The notes under the pieces were generated by a model that was given only the letters and a program-made list of their open reading frames with translations, was not told the origin of the DNA and did no database searches. From NCBI GenBank assembly GCA_024407725.1, contig JAKSVZ010000007.1, forward strand, positions 10,192-42,191: a stretch of 32,000 bases of DNA. Reading direction: 5' to 3'. A program made the translations under genes and the position numbers. The DNA comes from Opitutales bacterium (GTDB lineage Bacteria; Verrucomicrobiota; Verrucomicrobiia; Opitutales; UBA9783). Shown piece by piece: positions 1 through 11,677 of this stretch (its first letter is position 1; each line of letters begins with the position of its first letter).

Positions 1-869
1 CTACCGTTCATGCGTTCATCATAGACGCCATCCGTAAAACGTTAACCGACCATCAAAGCTCCAGCGTAAGCATTCAAAGCGTACCGACGCCCTCAAAACC
101 CAACGCACCGGAGCCCTTGGTCAACGCTAAGTCCCAACCGATAACGCGCCCAACCCAACCGACACCCTCAGTGGACATTGCTCGGTGGGTTTCAAACCCC
201 GTACCGAAAAACCCAATCCAATCGCTTGGATCGGTTTCAACCCCCCTGAGGGCTCAACCAACTCCTACGGTTCAACCACCCGCTTCTGAACCCCCTGTAT
301 TTCCTCTGAAGCTGATTACCGTATGGCAAAACCGCTATGCTTTCTTCGACGAAAGCCCGATTTTGGTCATTCTGGATTGCAAAGGTGCTCAAATGCGCAT
401 TTGGTACGAAGGCATCGTGCGCCTTTTGAAAAAAGAGCAAGTTGGCCCCCTACAAACCTTATTATACCCATACGTATTTTCGCTGGACGGCCCGCAAGCA
501 ATGGCCTTTGCAGAAGCGATTGATTACCTAAATCTCCGAAAAGTTTGTCTCGCAAAAGCGTTACCAACCGGTCAATTTCAAATCGATGCCATCCCTCAAT
601 GGCTCCCCTTGGAACAAATCCAATTGTTCGTCCATCAAACCTCGCACGCGCTCATCGAATGGGGACAAATGCAATCCATCGAACGACAATTGAATTCTTT
701 ACTGTTGAAGTTGGTGCAGCAGCAAAAATTTTCAGAAGTGACAACCGCCGAACAGGTTAAATCCATCTGCGAAGAGCTTAAAACCTGCTCGAATTACGTT
801 ACTACCCCCAATGGCTCTTCCATTTGGAATCGACTTTCTCCGCAAGAGCTTATGAAAAGCAAAGCGTAA
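1..869 (+). CDS. mutL: DNA mismatch repair protein MutL, C-terminal part (5' end outside window)
   Basis: The frame is open from the window edge to the stop at 867-869. The translation ...FPLKLITVWQNRYAFFDESPILVILDCKGAQMRIWYEGI... matches the layout of the MutL C-terminal dimerisation domain. The ATG at 117 is internal. Confidence 0.7.
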   Translation, partial: TVHAFIIDAIRKTLTDHQSSSVSIQSVPTPSKPNAPEPLVNAKSQPITRPTQPTPSVDIARWVSNPVPKNPIQSLGSVSTPLRAQPTPTVQPPASEPPVFPLKLITVWQNRYAFFDESPILVILDCKGAQMRIWYEGIVRLLKKEQVGPLQTLLYPYVFSLDGPQAMAFAEAIDYLNLRKVCLAKALPTGQFQIDAIPQWLPLEQIQLFVHQTSHALIEWGQMQSIERQLNSLLLKLVQQQKFSEVTTAEQVKSICEELKTCSNYVTTPNGSSIWNRLSPQELMKSKA

Positions 870-890
870 GCACTGTTGCTTTAACCTAAA

Positions 891-2714
891 TTACTGCTTA
901 AATTCTGGGATATAGCGGCGTATAAAGGGAAGCACTTCCGCATCTGATTGAAGCGCTTGAGCCTGTTGTAAACAATCCAAGGACGAAAATTGCCCCAATG
1001 CTTCCTGTTTGAAGATACCAATCAAGGGGTTAGCCGTTAAGGTTACTTGTTCGGCATTGAAAACCAAATCCTCATGCAACTTTTCCCCTGGGCGCGGCCC
1101 TGTAAATACAATTTGAACATCAGTTCCAACGGTTAAATGATTGAGCTCAATCATCCGTTTAGCCACCTCCACTATTTTAACCGGTTGCCCCATATCCAAA
1201 ACATAAATAACCCCGCTTGCTTTTTTGAAAGTAAAGGCTTCCAAAATCAAGCTTACCGCCTCCGGTATGGTCATAAAAAACCGCGTCATATCCGGATGAG
1301 TAACCGTTAAAGGTCCCCCGCGCGCCAATTGCTCACGAAAGGTTTGCAACACACTCCCAGAAGAACCCAAAACATTGCCGAAACGCACCGCCACAAATTG
1401 AGTTGAATGGCTCACATGCTGCATTCCCATACACATCAACTCACAAAGGCGCTTACTGGCCCCCATAAAATTGTAAGGCTTAATGGCCTTATCGGTCGAA
1501 ATAAGTACAAAATGCTTCACTCCCAATTCGCATGCATAGCGCGCAAGCAATCCCGTACCGACCACATTGTTTTTAATCGCTACTAACGGCTGATCTTCCA
1601 ACAAAGGTACATGTTTATAAGCAGCCGCATGGAAAATAATATCCGGTCGGTAATGCGTTAAACATTGCTTCAAATCCGCTTCGTGCGTAATGTTTAACAA
1701 AACCGGTTCGCATGCATGCCCATTGCGCAATAAATCCTGCTGGATTTTGAACAAATTAAATTCCGAATGATCGATTAAAATCAATTGTTTGGGTGAACGT
1801 TCGCTAATTTGACGGGATAATTCACTGCCAATAGAACCGCCCGCGCCCGTAACACAAACAACCTGCCCTTCAAGCTCACGCTGAATACCGCTCAAATCCA
1901 ATTTAATAGGATCGCGAACCAAAAAATCCTCTACATCCAATTCGTGCAATTGGGTCGCATGAACTTCCCCTTTTAAAAAATTATCTGCCGAAGGAATATT
2001 AAAAATCTTCAAACGCAGAGCTTTCGCGCGCTCCACCAATTCTAAAAAGCGTTTTTGGGGTATTACTCCCGTAAAAATTACACCCTGAATGTTATATTTT
2101 TCGACCAAATCCTGCAATAGATCAGGCGAACCACAAACCGGCACTGAATGTAATTCCTTACCGAAGTACTTAGGGTTATCATCCAGTACAATGATCGGCT
2201 TAATTTTAAGGAAGGAGCGTTCCTTCAATTCTGCAATTAAATGCGACGTAGACTCATTGATACCAATCAATGCGACCCGAGTAACAAAGGGGGTTTTCGA
2301 TTCAGAATCAATTTCGACAAAATGTGCATGAATCAACCGTACGAATGCACGAACAAAGAACACAAAGAGAATTGAGAATAATAGATCCGATAAAATGACC
2401 TCGCGCTGTGGAATCCAATACGGGACTTGATAATACCGAAAGCACAACTCTCCAAAAGCAATGGTGGTTAGGCACGCAATGATTTTGGCCAAATCGGGAA
2501 AGCGAAAATAAGCGAATAAATTGCGGAATTCTCCCGCTGCGTATAATACGGCTACTTTTATCGATACAATCCACAAAGCACCCGTCCACATAATGGGCTG
2601 GATGTACCGCGGGAGCATGAAACAATATTTTATGTGATAAGCCAGCAGGAAACTACCCAACAAACACAGGTAGTACCCGCTGATCTTAATACATAAATTC
2701 AATAAATCTCTCAT
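891..2714 (-). CDS. Polysaccharide biosynthesis protein, CapD/PglF/WbpM-like membrane-anchored NDP-sugar 4,6-dehydratase
   Basis: 607 aa ORF. Hydrophobic N-terminal helices are followed by a Rossmann motif VTGAGGSIGSEL and HAAAYKHVP, typical of the Polysacc_synt_2 family. Confidence 0.8.
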   Translation of the reverse strand: MRDLLNLCIKISGYYLCLLGSFLLAYHIKYCFMLPRYIQPIMWTGALWIVSIKVAVLYAAGEFRNLFAYFRFPDLAKIIACLTTIAFGELCFRYYQVPYWIPQREVILSDLLFSILFVFFVRAFVRLIHAHFVEIDSESKTPFVTRVALIGINESTSHLIAELKERSFLKIKPIIVLDDNPKYFGKELHSVPVCGSPDLLQDLVEKYNIQGVIFTGVIPQKRFLELVERAKALRLKIFNIPSADNFLKGEVHATQLHELDVEDFLVRDPIKLDLSGIQRELEGQVVCVTGAGGSIGSELSRQISERSPKQLILIDHSEFNLFKIQQDLLRNGHACEPVLLNITHEADLKQCLTHYRPDIIFHAAAYKHVPLLEDQPLVAIKNNVVGTGLLARYACELGVKHFVLISTDKAIKPYNFMGASKRLCELMCMGMQHVSHSTQFVAVRFGNVLGSSGSVLQTFREQLARGGPLTVTHPDMTRFFMTIPEAVSLILEAFTFKKASGVIYVLDMGQPVKIVEVAKRMIELNHLTVGTDVQIVFTGPRPGEKLHEDLVFNAEQVTLTANPLIGIFKQEALGQFSSLDCLQQAQALQSDAEVLPFIRRYIPEFKQ

Positions 2715-2729
2715 TTAAGAGAGGAATGA

Positions 2730-4397
2730 TTAAGCATCCTTATGATAAACCTGATCAAAGGCATCGCTTAAGCTGGTCAATTCTTGTCCTGCCGGTATAG
2801 CATTCAAGGATTTAACCTCTTCAGAGAAGCGCGAATCATCGTACTTCAACGCCTTGGTCGACAAGCAAATACGACGCTCTTTCTTATCAATTTTAATGAT
2901 ACGAGCCTCGATTTCGTCTCCAACTTTATAGGTTTCCTTTAAGTTCTTACCTTGCAGATCTTCCATTTGAGCCATCGGGATGAATCCATCGATTCCTCCT
3001 TCAAAGCCTACAAACACACCACGTTCGATAACCTTAACAATCTTATTTTTAACGACTTTACCTACGTGATATAAGGTTTCAATGTCTTCCCATGGATCCT
3101 TGGTTAGCTGCTTAACGCCCAAAGAAATTTGATGCTTTTCGGTGTCCACGTCTAATACAACCGCTTCTACCTCATCGCCTTCCTTAAATAGATCACTGGG
3201 CTTATTAACTTTATGAGTCCAATCCATTTGGGATACGTGGATCATTCCATCAATCCCTTCTGCAAGCTTAACAAACACACCAAAGGGGGTTAAATTACAA
3301 ACCGTACCCTTTACACGAGCTCCCTTAGGATAATCATATTGAACGGTATCCCAAGGATTTTGGGTCAATTGACGCAAGCTGAGCAATAACGTTTGGGTAT
3401 CTTTATTAACCTCCACAACTTTAGCATCCACCTCATCCCCTTCGTGAAGCATTTCACTTGCCTTATGGAAGCGCTTGGTCCAAGATAACTCGCTCACCTT
3501 AATAAATCCTTCAAGACCCTCTGCAACCTTAACATAAGCGCCACGATCCAATACGGTAGAAACCGTTCCGTGAACCGTCATGCCAACAGGGAATTGTTGA
3601 TCCATATGTTCCCATGGGTTCTTCTGAAGCTGCTTCATACCAACCGAAATCCGTTCTTGTTCCAAATCGACTTCGATTACCATAACCTCAACCTCATCAC
3701 CCACTTTGAGCTTATCACTAGGACGAGCAATGCGCTCCCAAGAAATGTTGGTGATATGCAGGAATCCATCGATACCGTCGAGGTCAATAAAGGCTCCGAA
3801 ATCGGTAACGTTCTTCACGATTCCCTTGCAAACACAACCCACAGTCAGTTTGCTTAACGCTTCCTGACGCTTTTGTTTCCGATGGTCTTCAATCAATTCC
3901 CTACGTGAAACAACAATGTTCTTATGCGCGCGATTGATCTTGATAATTTTTACATCTACCGTTTGACCGATATACTGCTCTAAATTCTTAGGAGCTACCA
4001 CGTCCACATGAGAAGCTGGGCAAAAAGCATCAACACCGATATAGATAACCAAACCGCCATTGATTTTGGATTTGACCACTCCAGCTAACTCAGTGCCTTC
4101 GGAACATTTCTCCAAAATAATCTCCCAGTTCTTCTGTTGCTGCGCTCGGCTGTAAGATACCACCGGACGTCCATCGACTGATTCTACGCGATCCACATAA
4201 ACCTCAATCGAATCCCCAACCTTCATATCGTCCAACTGTAAAAATTCACTCGTTGGCACCAAGCACTCTGATTTTGCGCCGATATCTACGGTTACTCCAT
4301 CCTCGCGGATGCCGGTAATTGTTCCCGGAACAATACTATTGGCCTTTAACCGTTTAAAGGTGTCTGCATTCAACAGACGATCCATTACTTCTGACAT
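2730..4397 (-). CDS. rpsA: 30S ribosomal protein S1
   Basis: 555 aa ORF made of six tandem S1 OB-fold repeats with a recurring pattern (G..v.G.V......G.FV.l..gidG..h.S). Confidence 0.95.
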   Translation of the reverse strand: MSEVMDRLLNADTFKRLKANSIVPGTITGIREDGVTVDIGAKSECLVPTSEFLQLDDMKVGDSIEVYVDRVESVDGRPVVSYSRAQQQKNWEIILEKCSEGTELAGVVKSKINGGLVIYIGVDAFCPASHVDVVAPKNLEQYIGQTVDVKIIKINRAHKNIVVSRRELIEDHRKQKRQEALSKLTVGCVCKGIVKNVTDFGAFIDLDGIDGFLHITNISWERIARPSDKLKVGDEVEVMVIEVDLEQERISVGMKQLQKNPWEHMDQQFPVGMTVHGTVSTVLDRGAYVKVAEGLEGFIKVSELSWTKRFHKASEMLHEGDEVDAKVVEVNKDTQTLLLSLRQLTQNPWDTVQYDYPKGARVKGTVCNLTPFGVFVKLAEGIDGMIHVSQMDWTHKVNKPSDLFKEGDEVEAVVLDVDTEKHQISLGVKQLTKDPWEDIETLYHVGKVVKNKIVKVIERGVFVGFEGGIDGFIPMAQMEDLQGKNLKETYKVGDEIEARIIKIDKKERRICLSTKALKYDDSRFSEEVKSLNAIPAGQELTSLSDAFDQVYHKDA

Positions 4398-4493
4398 ATT
4401 ATTAAATCCTCACAAAAGAATTGAATCATTAATTCTTTTACCTTTAAACTTTGAGGAAAGTTCAAAGTAATAGCAAGTAATTTTATCGTAAAT

Positions 4494-5426
4494 ATGAACG
4501 AGGCTCTAAAAAACATTCTAAAATCAATCCCTTTCGTACGTAATACTCTTAATAATTATCAGCTATCCCATAACAAAAACGGAATTGCATCCTATCGCAT
4601 CACTAAGCGCAAAATTCAGCGGTTTATTGACTTGCTTAACAACGATTACCCTCAGGTACACATTAATTTATTATGTATAGGAGCACGAGGTGGATGGAAT
4701 AATTGCTCAATCGCCGTCCAAAATATATGGGGAGCATTAGCTAATTTTAACAACAAAACCACCTACGGCATTGAACCCGAACCATCGGAAGCCGAAAGGT
4801 TACTAAAAAGCGGTGAGTTCGATAAAATTTACCCTTATGCTATCTACAATCATACGGGACCGGCAACCTTGTATATAACCAACTGGATAGGATGCTCTGG
4901 GATCACAGAACCCAACACAGAATTTCTCAACCAGTACCATTCCGAATGGGCCGATTGGTGGACAACAACAAAAACTGCATCGGTTCAGGTCAAGGCTCCA
5001 CAAGATATCCTTGAAGACATTCCCTATGATTACTGTAATAGCGGACTTATGGGGCCTGAATATGAGATATTCAGCGCTATGCATGACTCCTTCTTTCAGC
5101 GTTCAACCTGCATTCAATTACTCACGCACGCCATTCCTTTTTACAAAAATCAACATACCTTTGGAGACATTTTTAACTTCTTTAAGGACAAGCATTTTAT
5201 ACCTATTTCTATCGTAAAAAACCCATTATTTTCAGATCTAGAAGTCCATCATACGTTAACCTTTGTAAAATCCCCAACCGAGATCAAAACGTTGGATCAG
5301 CTACTCAAGCACTGCCTCATCGGGATGATGCTACAAAAGCCCTATTATGTAAGCTATTTGCTCAATAAATTCCGTTCATTGTTCCCGAACGAACAAGCTT
5401 ATCGGAAAATTTGGCGTTATGTATAA
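4494..5426 (+). CDS. FkbM-family (Methyltransf_21-like) methyltransferase, putative
   Basis: 310 aa ORF. The pattern LLCIGARGGWN...GIEPEPSEAERL...YPYAIYNHTGPATLYIT resembles the FkbM-type SAM methyltransferase layout. The assignment rests on motif resemblance only. Confidence 0.5.
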   Translation: MNEALKNILKSIPFVRNTLNNYQLSHNKNGIASYRITKRKIQRFIDLLNNDYPQVHINLLCIGARGGWNNCSIAVQNIWGALANFNNKTTYGIEPEPSEAERLLKSGEFDKIYPYAIYNHTGPATLYITNWIGCSGITEPNTEFLNQYHSEWADWWTTTKTASVQVKAPQDILEDIPYDYCNSGLMGPEYEIFSAMHDSFFQRSTCIQLLTHAIPFYKNQHTFGDIFNFFKDKHFIPISIVKNPLFSDLEVHHTLTFVKSPTEIKTLDQLLKHCLIGMMLQKPYYVSYLLNKFRSLFPNEQAYRKIWRYV

Positions 5427-5456
5427 TTTAAAAGCAGCAAAAATGCTAACAAAAAT

Positions 5457-5533
<77 letters not shown>

Positions 5534-5569
5534 ATGCTTGAAATTAGTTAATAACTAAGGTAAATAACC

Positions 5570-6211
5570 TTATCTGTCAACGTTTTTTCGCAACTTATTG
5601 AGCTCTTTTTGCTTATAGGCAACGAATTGCTCATAGGTACCAAGAGAATGCCGATAAAAGCATTTATGTACCCAACACGTTACTAACGCACACGCGATCC
5701 CAATAAGACTACCGCCGATACAAGCCAAGCAAAAGCCGCCAGCACCGATTGAAATCAAGGTTCCCCAAGAACCGCTTTTAATGGCCAACAGCAGGTCTTG
5801 CAAATTTGCCTGTTCAATAAAAGCTATACGGAACGGCAACCAACCACATAACCACTTACCCGTATAGAACTCCAGCGGGTACATAAATCCGATAGTCAAT
5901 GGGTTAGAAATCAACTGTAACGCAATTAAAACCAGCAAATTCGCGCGACACAGGAGCGCCAACAGAATCGCACAAGGAATTTGAATCCCCATCACTGGCC
6001 ACCAGGTCAAAATCCAACCGGCGTAATACGCATTACGCATGGATGGATAAGCAAACGACCATAGATAGGGAACGAAAAATAACGAACCAAATTTTCTAAA
6101 GATGAAATATTTCCGCAACGTGGCACGCGATGGGCAATAGCGCAAAAACTTCTTGATCCGCTGCCAACGCTTATTCCTTAAAACTTCCCACTCTTGCTTG
6201 AAAGGCTCCAT
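5570..6211 (-). CDS. DUF2062-family membrane protein
   Basis: 213 aa polytopic ORF. The segment WWPVMGIQIPCAILLALLCRANLLVLIALQLISNPLTIGFMYPLEFYTG matches the characteristic DUF2062 core (..r.N......q..sNPlT..p.y). Confidence 0.65.
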   Translation of the reverse strand: MEPFKQEWEVLRNKRWQRIKKFLRYCPSRATLRKYFIFRKFGSLFFVPYLWSFAYPSMRNAYYAGWILTWWPVMGIQIPCAILLALLCRANLLVLIALQLISNPLTIGFMYPLEFYTGKWLCGWLPFRIAFIEQANLQDLLLAIKSGSWGTLISIGAGGFCLACIGGSLIGIACALVTCWVHKCFYRHSLGTYEQFVAYKQKELNKLRKNVDR

Positions 6212-6223
6212 CAGTCCTTACCT

Positions 6224-6298
6224 TGGAGGCACGGGTCGGAATCGGACCGACGTATAGAAGTTTTGCAGACTCCTGCCTTACCACTTGGCTACCGTGCC
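6224..6298 (-). tRNA. tRNA-Cys (anticodon GCA)
   Basis: Reverse complement GGCACGG-TA-GCCA..AGGC-A-GGAGT-CTGCAAA-ACTTC-...-GTCGG-TCCGATT-CCGAC-CCGTGCC-T-CCA. It has the U73 discriminator typical of tRNA-Cys. The T-loop reads TCC instead of the usual TTC. Confidence 0.8.
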
Positions 6299-6354
6299 AT
6301 TGACAGGTACTATCACAAAAAACCAACTTGTGCGCAACCTATTTTTATAAAAAT

Positions 6355-6377
6355 GGGTAAGTTTAAAAAACTTACCC
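6355..6377 (-). terminator. Rho-independent terminator downstream of eno
   Basis: Perfect 9 bp stem GGGTAAGTT/AACTTACCC with a 5 nt loop. On the minus strand it is followed by ATTTTTAT. It lies about 37 nt after the eno stop. Confidence 0.65.
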
Positions 6378-6413
6378 AACAATCATCGTAATAAAACCGA
6401 ATAAACGGCGGGG

Positions 6414-8587
<2,174 letters not shown>

Positions 8588-8631
8588 GCACTTATTATGA
8601 TGGTTTTAAGTGCAAAATGCAAACGATGATG

Positions 8632-9772
8632 CTAATGCTCAGCGGCGACCAACTCCTCAAAGGTATCACGATGAGGATACGCATCTAGAATCTTAAACGC
8701 ACGCAGGTTTTCGACACAACGCGCTTCGTATGCATCATAATTTTCTTTAGTTAACCGATGACGATCATGCTCAATACACCACGCCATATAACGGTTGATG
8801 TCGGGATGATAATGGGCTTCATCGCAATAATTCGCTAAATTGCCAACAAAATGGCAATCATGCCAACCGTAGATTTTAACATTTGGAATATCAGCACAAA
8901 CGGTAACTAGGTGGCGCCATAAGGAAAATAAGGCATCGCAATACTGAACTAACGACATTCTCTTTCCACAATCCATTGTGCACACCCTACTATAGGTAGT
9001 CCATGCATTAGGTGTTAATAAGATATAAAACTTGACCAATGGATTTTCTCGGATGACACGCAATATAGTGTTGTTGATTCGTTGATTCGTTGATTCGTTG
9101 AGTCGTTGAATAAGTATTCAACTTATAAACACTTTGTAAATATTGACAGTGTTTTGCAAAATACCCAAAACTTTGAGAGCAATAAGGAAACCAACTATGA
9201 ACCTCATTTAAATTATTCCATGTCCAAAAATGGCTATTATGTTGGGATACGAACCTATGAGTAATGCAGTAAAATGCAGCCAACGAACATATGGTTTTTA
9301 GATTAAATAAACACAAGTAAGGATGGTTAATATAAGGCTTTGCTGCTTCTAATGAAGAGTCTATGCCTGAATCAAGTAAAGATCGAAATGCGTCTATTTC
9401 TACAAAACAATGTTTTACTTTTTCGGTTGCCAAACCTTTTCTTAACCACATCAACTTCATTTGTAGACTTTGTCCCCCATTGCACAACTTCAGCATGCCT
9501 TTAGCCCCAACTGCTTTAACTAAATCGCTACCTTTGAAGTTCATCGTGTGCGAAGAACCTACCAAAATACTGTCGTAATCATTGCTTCTTTTGAAGTAGG
9601 TTTCAATTTGACCTAGATTGATTAAGGGTTGACTACCAAACCACAAATTCTTGTTCCACCGCGTCTCATGAAAAATATGATACGGATCTATGAGATACAC
9701 CATCAACGGCCCTATTGTCCAAAATAGGAGCGTGAAGATAAAAAAATACAGGATGTTGCGGCGAGAAGACAT
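8632..9772 (-). pseudogene. Membrane-anchored SGNH/GDSL-like protein split by a frameshift into two overlapping ORFs (9008-9772 and 8632-9063)
   Basis: The N-terminal ORF has a TM anchor and ILVGSSHT (block I-like). The C-terminal ORF carries CDEAHYHPD (DxxH block V-like). Both frames are open across 9011-9117, where an 8 bp tandem repeat lies. One extra repeat unit fuses the frames, as worked out by hand in the findings. Confidence 0.6.
9073..9110. repeat. 8 bp tandem repeat (GTTGATTC)x3, followed by GTTGAGTC and a partial GTTGAA
   Basis: Read directly: gttgattc gttgattc gttgattc gttgagtc gttgaa. The unit length is not a multiple of 3, and the repeat lies inside the coding overlap of the split gene. 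Confidence 0.9.
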
Positions 9773-9787
9773 AAGACCTATTCAAAG

Positions 9788-10216
9788 TTAATCCAATTCA
9801 GGATCCATCTGAATAAACCATATCGGTTCTTTGGATTTACACCATAAACGTTGTTCTTTAAAAACTTTCGCAGGAATTCGAGTACATGCTTCACTCAAGT
9901 TATTAACTGCATAGCGCCTGCCACTTTTCGACAAACGGAATGACTTTAAAGATTCCATAAGCTTATCCTGAACCGACTGAGGGGCTTCATCTGCAGGAAT
10001 TTGGAAAATCCAACAAGCCTTTGTAGCCATACCCTCATCCGACGATGATCCGACAACAACAAATTGCTTTTTAATCGGTTTTTGCTTAACTGCCTCTCGC
10101 TCATCAGCTTTATCTTCAGCAGCCGATTGAATTTCATCCAAAAGCTCACTCACAACCCCACTTTCTAGGTCTGAATGCCTTAAAATACGCTTAACCACTT
10201 CCAAATCTACTTTCAT
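9788..10216 (-). CDS. Hypothetical protein (142 aa), no recognised family
   Basis: Clean ORF packed tightly between the two SGNH-like genes on the same strand. It has an acidic N-terminal half. I recognise no motif. Confidence 0.45.
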   Translation of the reverse strand: MKVDLEVVKRILRHSDLESGVVSELLDEIQSAAEDKADEREAVKQKPIKKQFVVVGSSSDEGMATKACWIFQIPADEAPQSVQDKLMESLKSFRLSKSGRRYAVNNLSEACTRIPAKVFKEQRLWCKSKEPIWFIQMDPELD

Positions 10217-10246
10217 CCAACCCTCCTGCTTAAAAATTGCACCTTT

Positions 10247-11476
10247 TTATATAGATATTTTTTTAGCTTCTCCAAACCATTGTTGATGAATAATACTAGC
10301 AATTCGCTGATTACCCGTTACCGAATGATGCCCGTATTTATCGACATAAAGACTTTGCAATTCAACATCATCTAAGGATTTCCAATAAGCATATAAATCT
10401 AAATAAGGTAAATTCAATTCAGCACAAATACTATCAAAAGCTGCACGATACAAAGCATGATTATCTTGCATATAACGAACATGCGTATAGGCAGGTAACA
10501 TTACACAATAAGGACGCCGACCTTTCTCCTGACATACATCTATAAAACGCTTTAATAGCGCACGCAATAGATCCTGTTGTGTTTCGTATAAGCCTTGCAG
10601 GTAATCATTTTTCTGCTGAAACGTTTTCAACAAATAAGGTTCGGCTTCCTGCAAAAAATGGTTAATGGCCATTGACCGATCTTGTTTACTGTCTGTTTTA
10701 ACACGCGTTGAAGCCAATAAGCACTTTAGCAAATCTCCATCTTTTATAACATATCCTAAAGCCGTTTTAGGCGCTTTTTTTAATTGGGTAAAAAAATAAG
10801 GAGCATTGCCATCCTGTTGCCGGAAAAAATCCTGATAGCGCTCCAAATGTAAAAAATCATTCGGAGATTGAAGAGGACTTTTTACCAATTTTAATGCACC
10901 ATCCGATAAAATGAAACGAGGCTTAACCGCTAAAACATTTCCTGGATTCGCATAATGCAACCAAACACTAAGAATTCGCTCAATAGTCCATGGAGTCAGA
11001 ATCATGACAACCGCACGAACCGATTCTGACAAATTTGTTGATTCCAAACGCAACAAAGCCTGATCCAAACCATAATTACCAACCCCATAATTAGTAACAT
11101 ACGATTGAGTAAACTGAGATAAATGATACTGGATCGTTTCCGTATCATTCACCTCACGGCACATACAAAAAGAATCACCAAAAGTTGCTATATAAGAATA
11201 CGCTGGAGCACCTGAAAAAGTACGACTCCCCTGATCATCAATCGAGTAAGTCGTGTTCCCTTGAAGCCCTATGTACGAACCTGTATTATCTCGATGATTC
11301 TTAACGGGATTTGGCTTCCACCCCAACTGCACATCGAACGTTTTGTATTTATTAACAATCGCTGCAGTTACTTTGGGACATGCTTGTAAAAACAAACCTG
11401 ATTTCAGAAGGAAAAAACGTACAACTCCTTCTAGGATCGCGCCAATTAACACAACACATCCTAAAAAAAACAACAT
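10247..11476 (-). CDS. Membrane-anchored SGNH/GDSL-like hydrolase or acyltransferase, putative
   Basis: 409 aa ORF with an N-terminal TM helix, ATFGDSFC (GDS block I) and a C-terminal DKYGHHSVTGNQRIA (block V-like). Family-level call only. Confidence 0.5.
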   Translation of the reverse strand: MLFFLGCVVLIGAILEGVVRFFLLKSGLFLQACPKVTAAIVNKYKTFDVQLGWKPNPVKNHRDNTGSYIGLQGNTTYSIDDQGSRTFSGAPAYSYIATFGDSFCMCREVNDTETIQYHLSQFTQSYVTNYGVGNYGLDQALLRLESTNLSESVRAVVMILTPWTIERILSVWLHYANPGNVLAVKPRFILSDGALKLVKSPLQSPNDFLHLERYQDFFRQQDGNAPYFFTQLKKAPKTALGYVIKDGDLLKCLLASTRVKTDSKQDRSMAINHFLQEAEPYLLKTFQQKNDYLQGLYETQQDLLRALLKRFIDVCQEKGRRPYCVMLPAYTHVRYMQDNHALYRAAFDSICAELNLPYLDLYAYWKSLDDVELQSLYVDKYGHHSVTGNQRIASIIHQQWFGEAKKISI

Positions 11477-11488
11477 ATGAAATCCTTA

Positions 11489-11575
11489 TGGTACCTGGAG
11501 AGGGGGTCGAACCCTCATTCTCGTGAAAGAACCGGATTTTGAGTCCGGCGCGTCTGCCAATTCCGCCATCCAGGC
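11489..11575 (-). tRNA. tRNA-Leu (anticodon CAA), long variable arm
   Basis: Reverse complement GCCTGGA-TG-GCGG...CCGGA-CTCAAAA-TCCGG-(variable arm)-GAGGG-TTCGACC-CCCTC-TCCAGGT-A-CCA. Confidence 0.9.
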
Positions 11576-11677
11576 AAAAACAAAAACAAAATTATGTTTC
11601 AAAAAAACGATAAAAAGTACAAGTTATTTTATATAAAAATCTTATTAAAATGCTTCATTACCTAGAAAAAACTTTGC

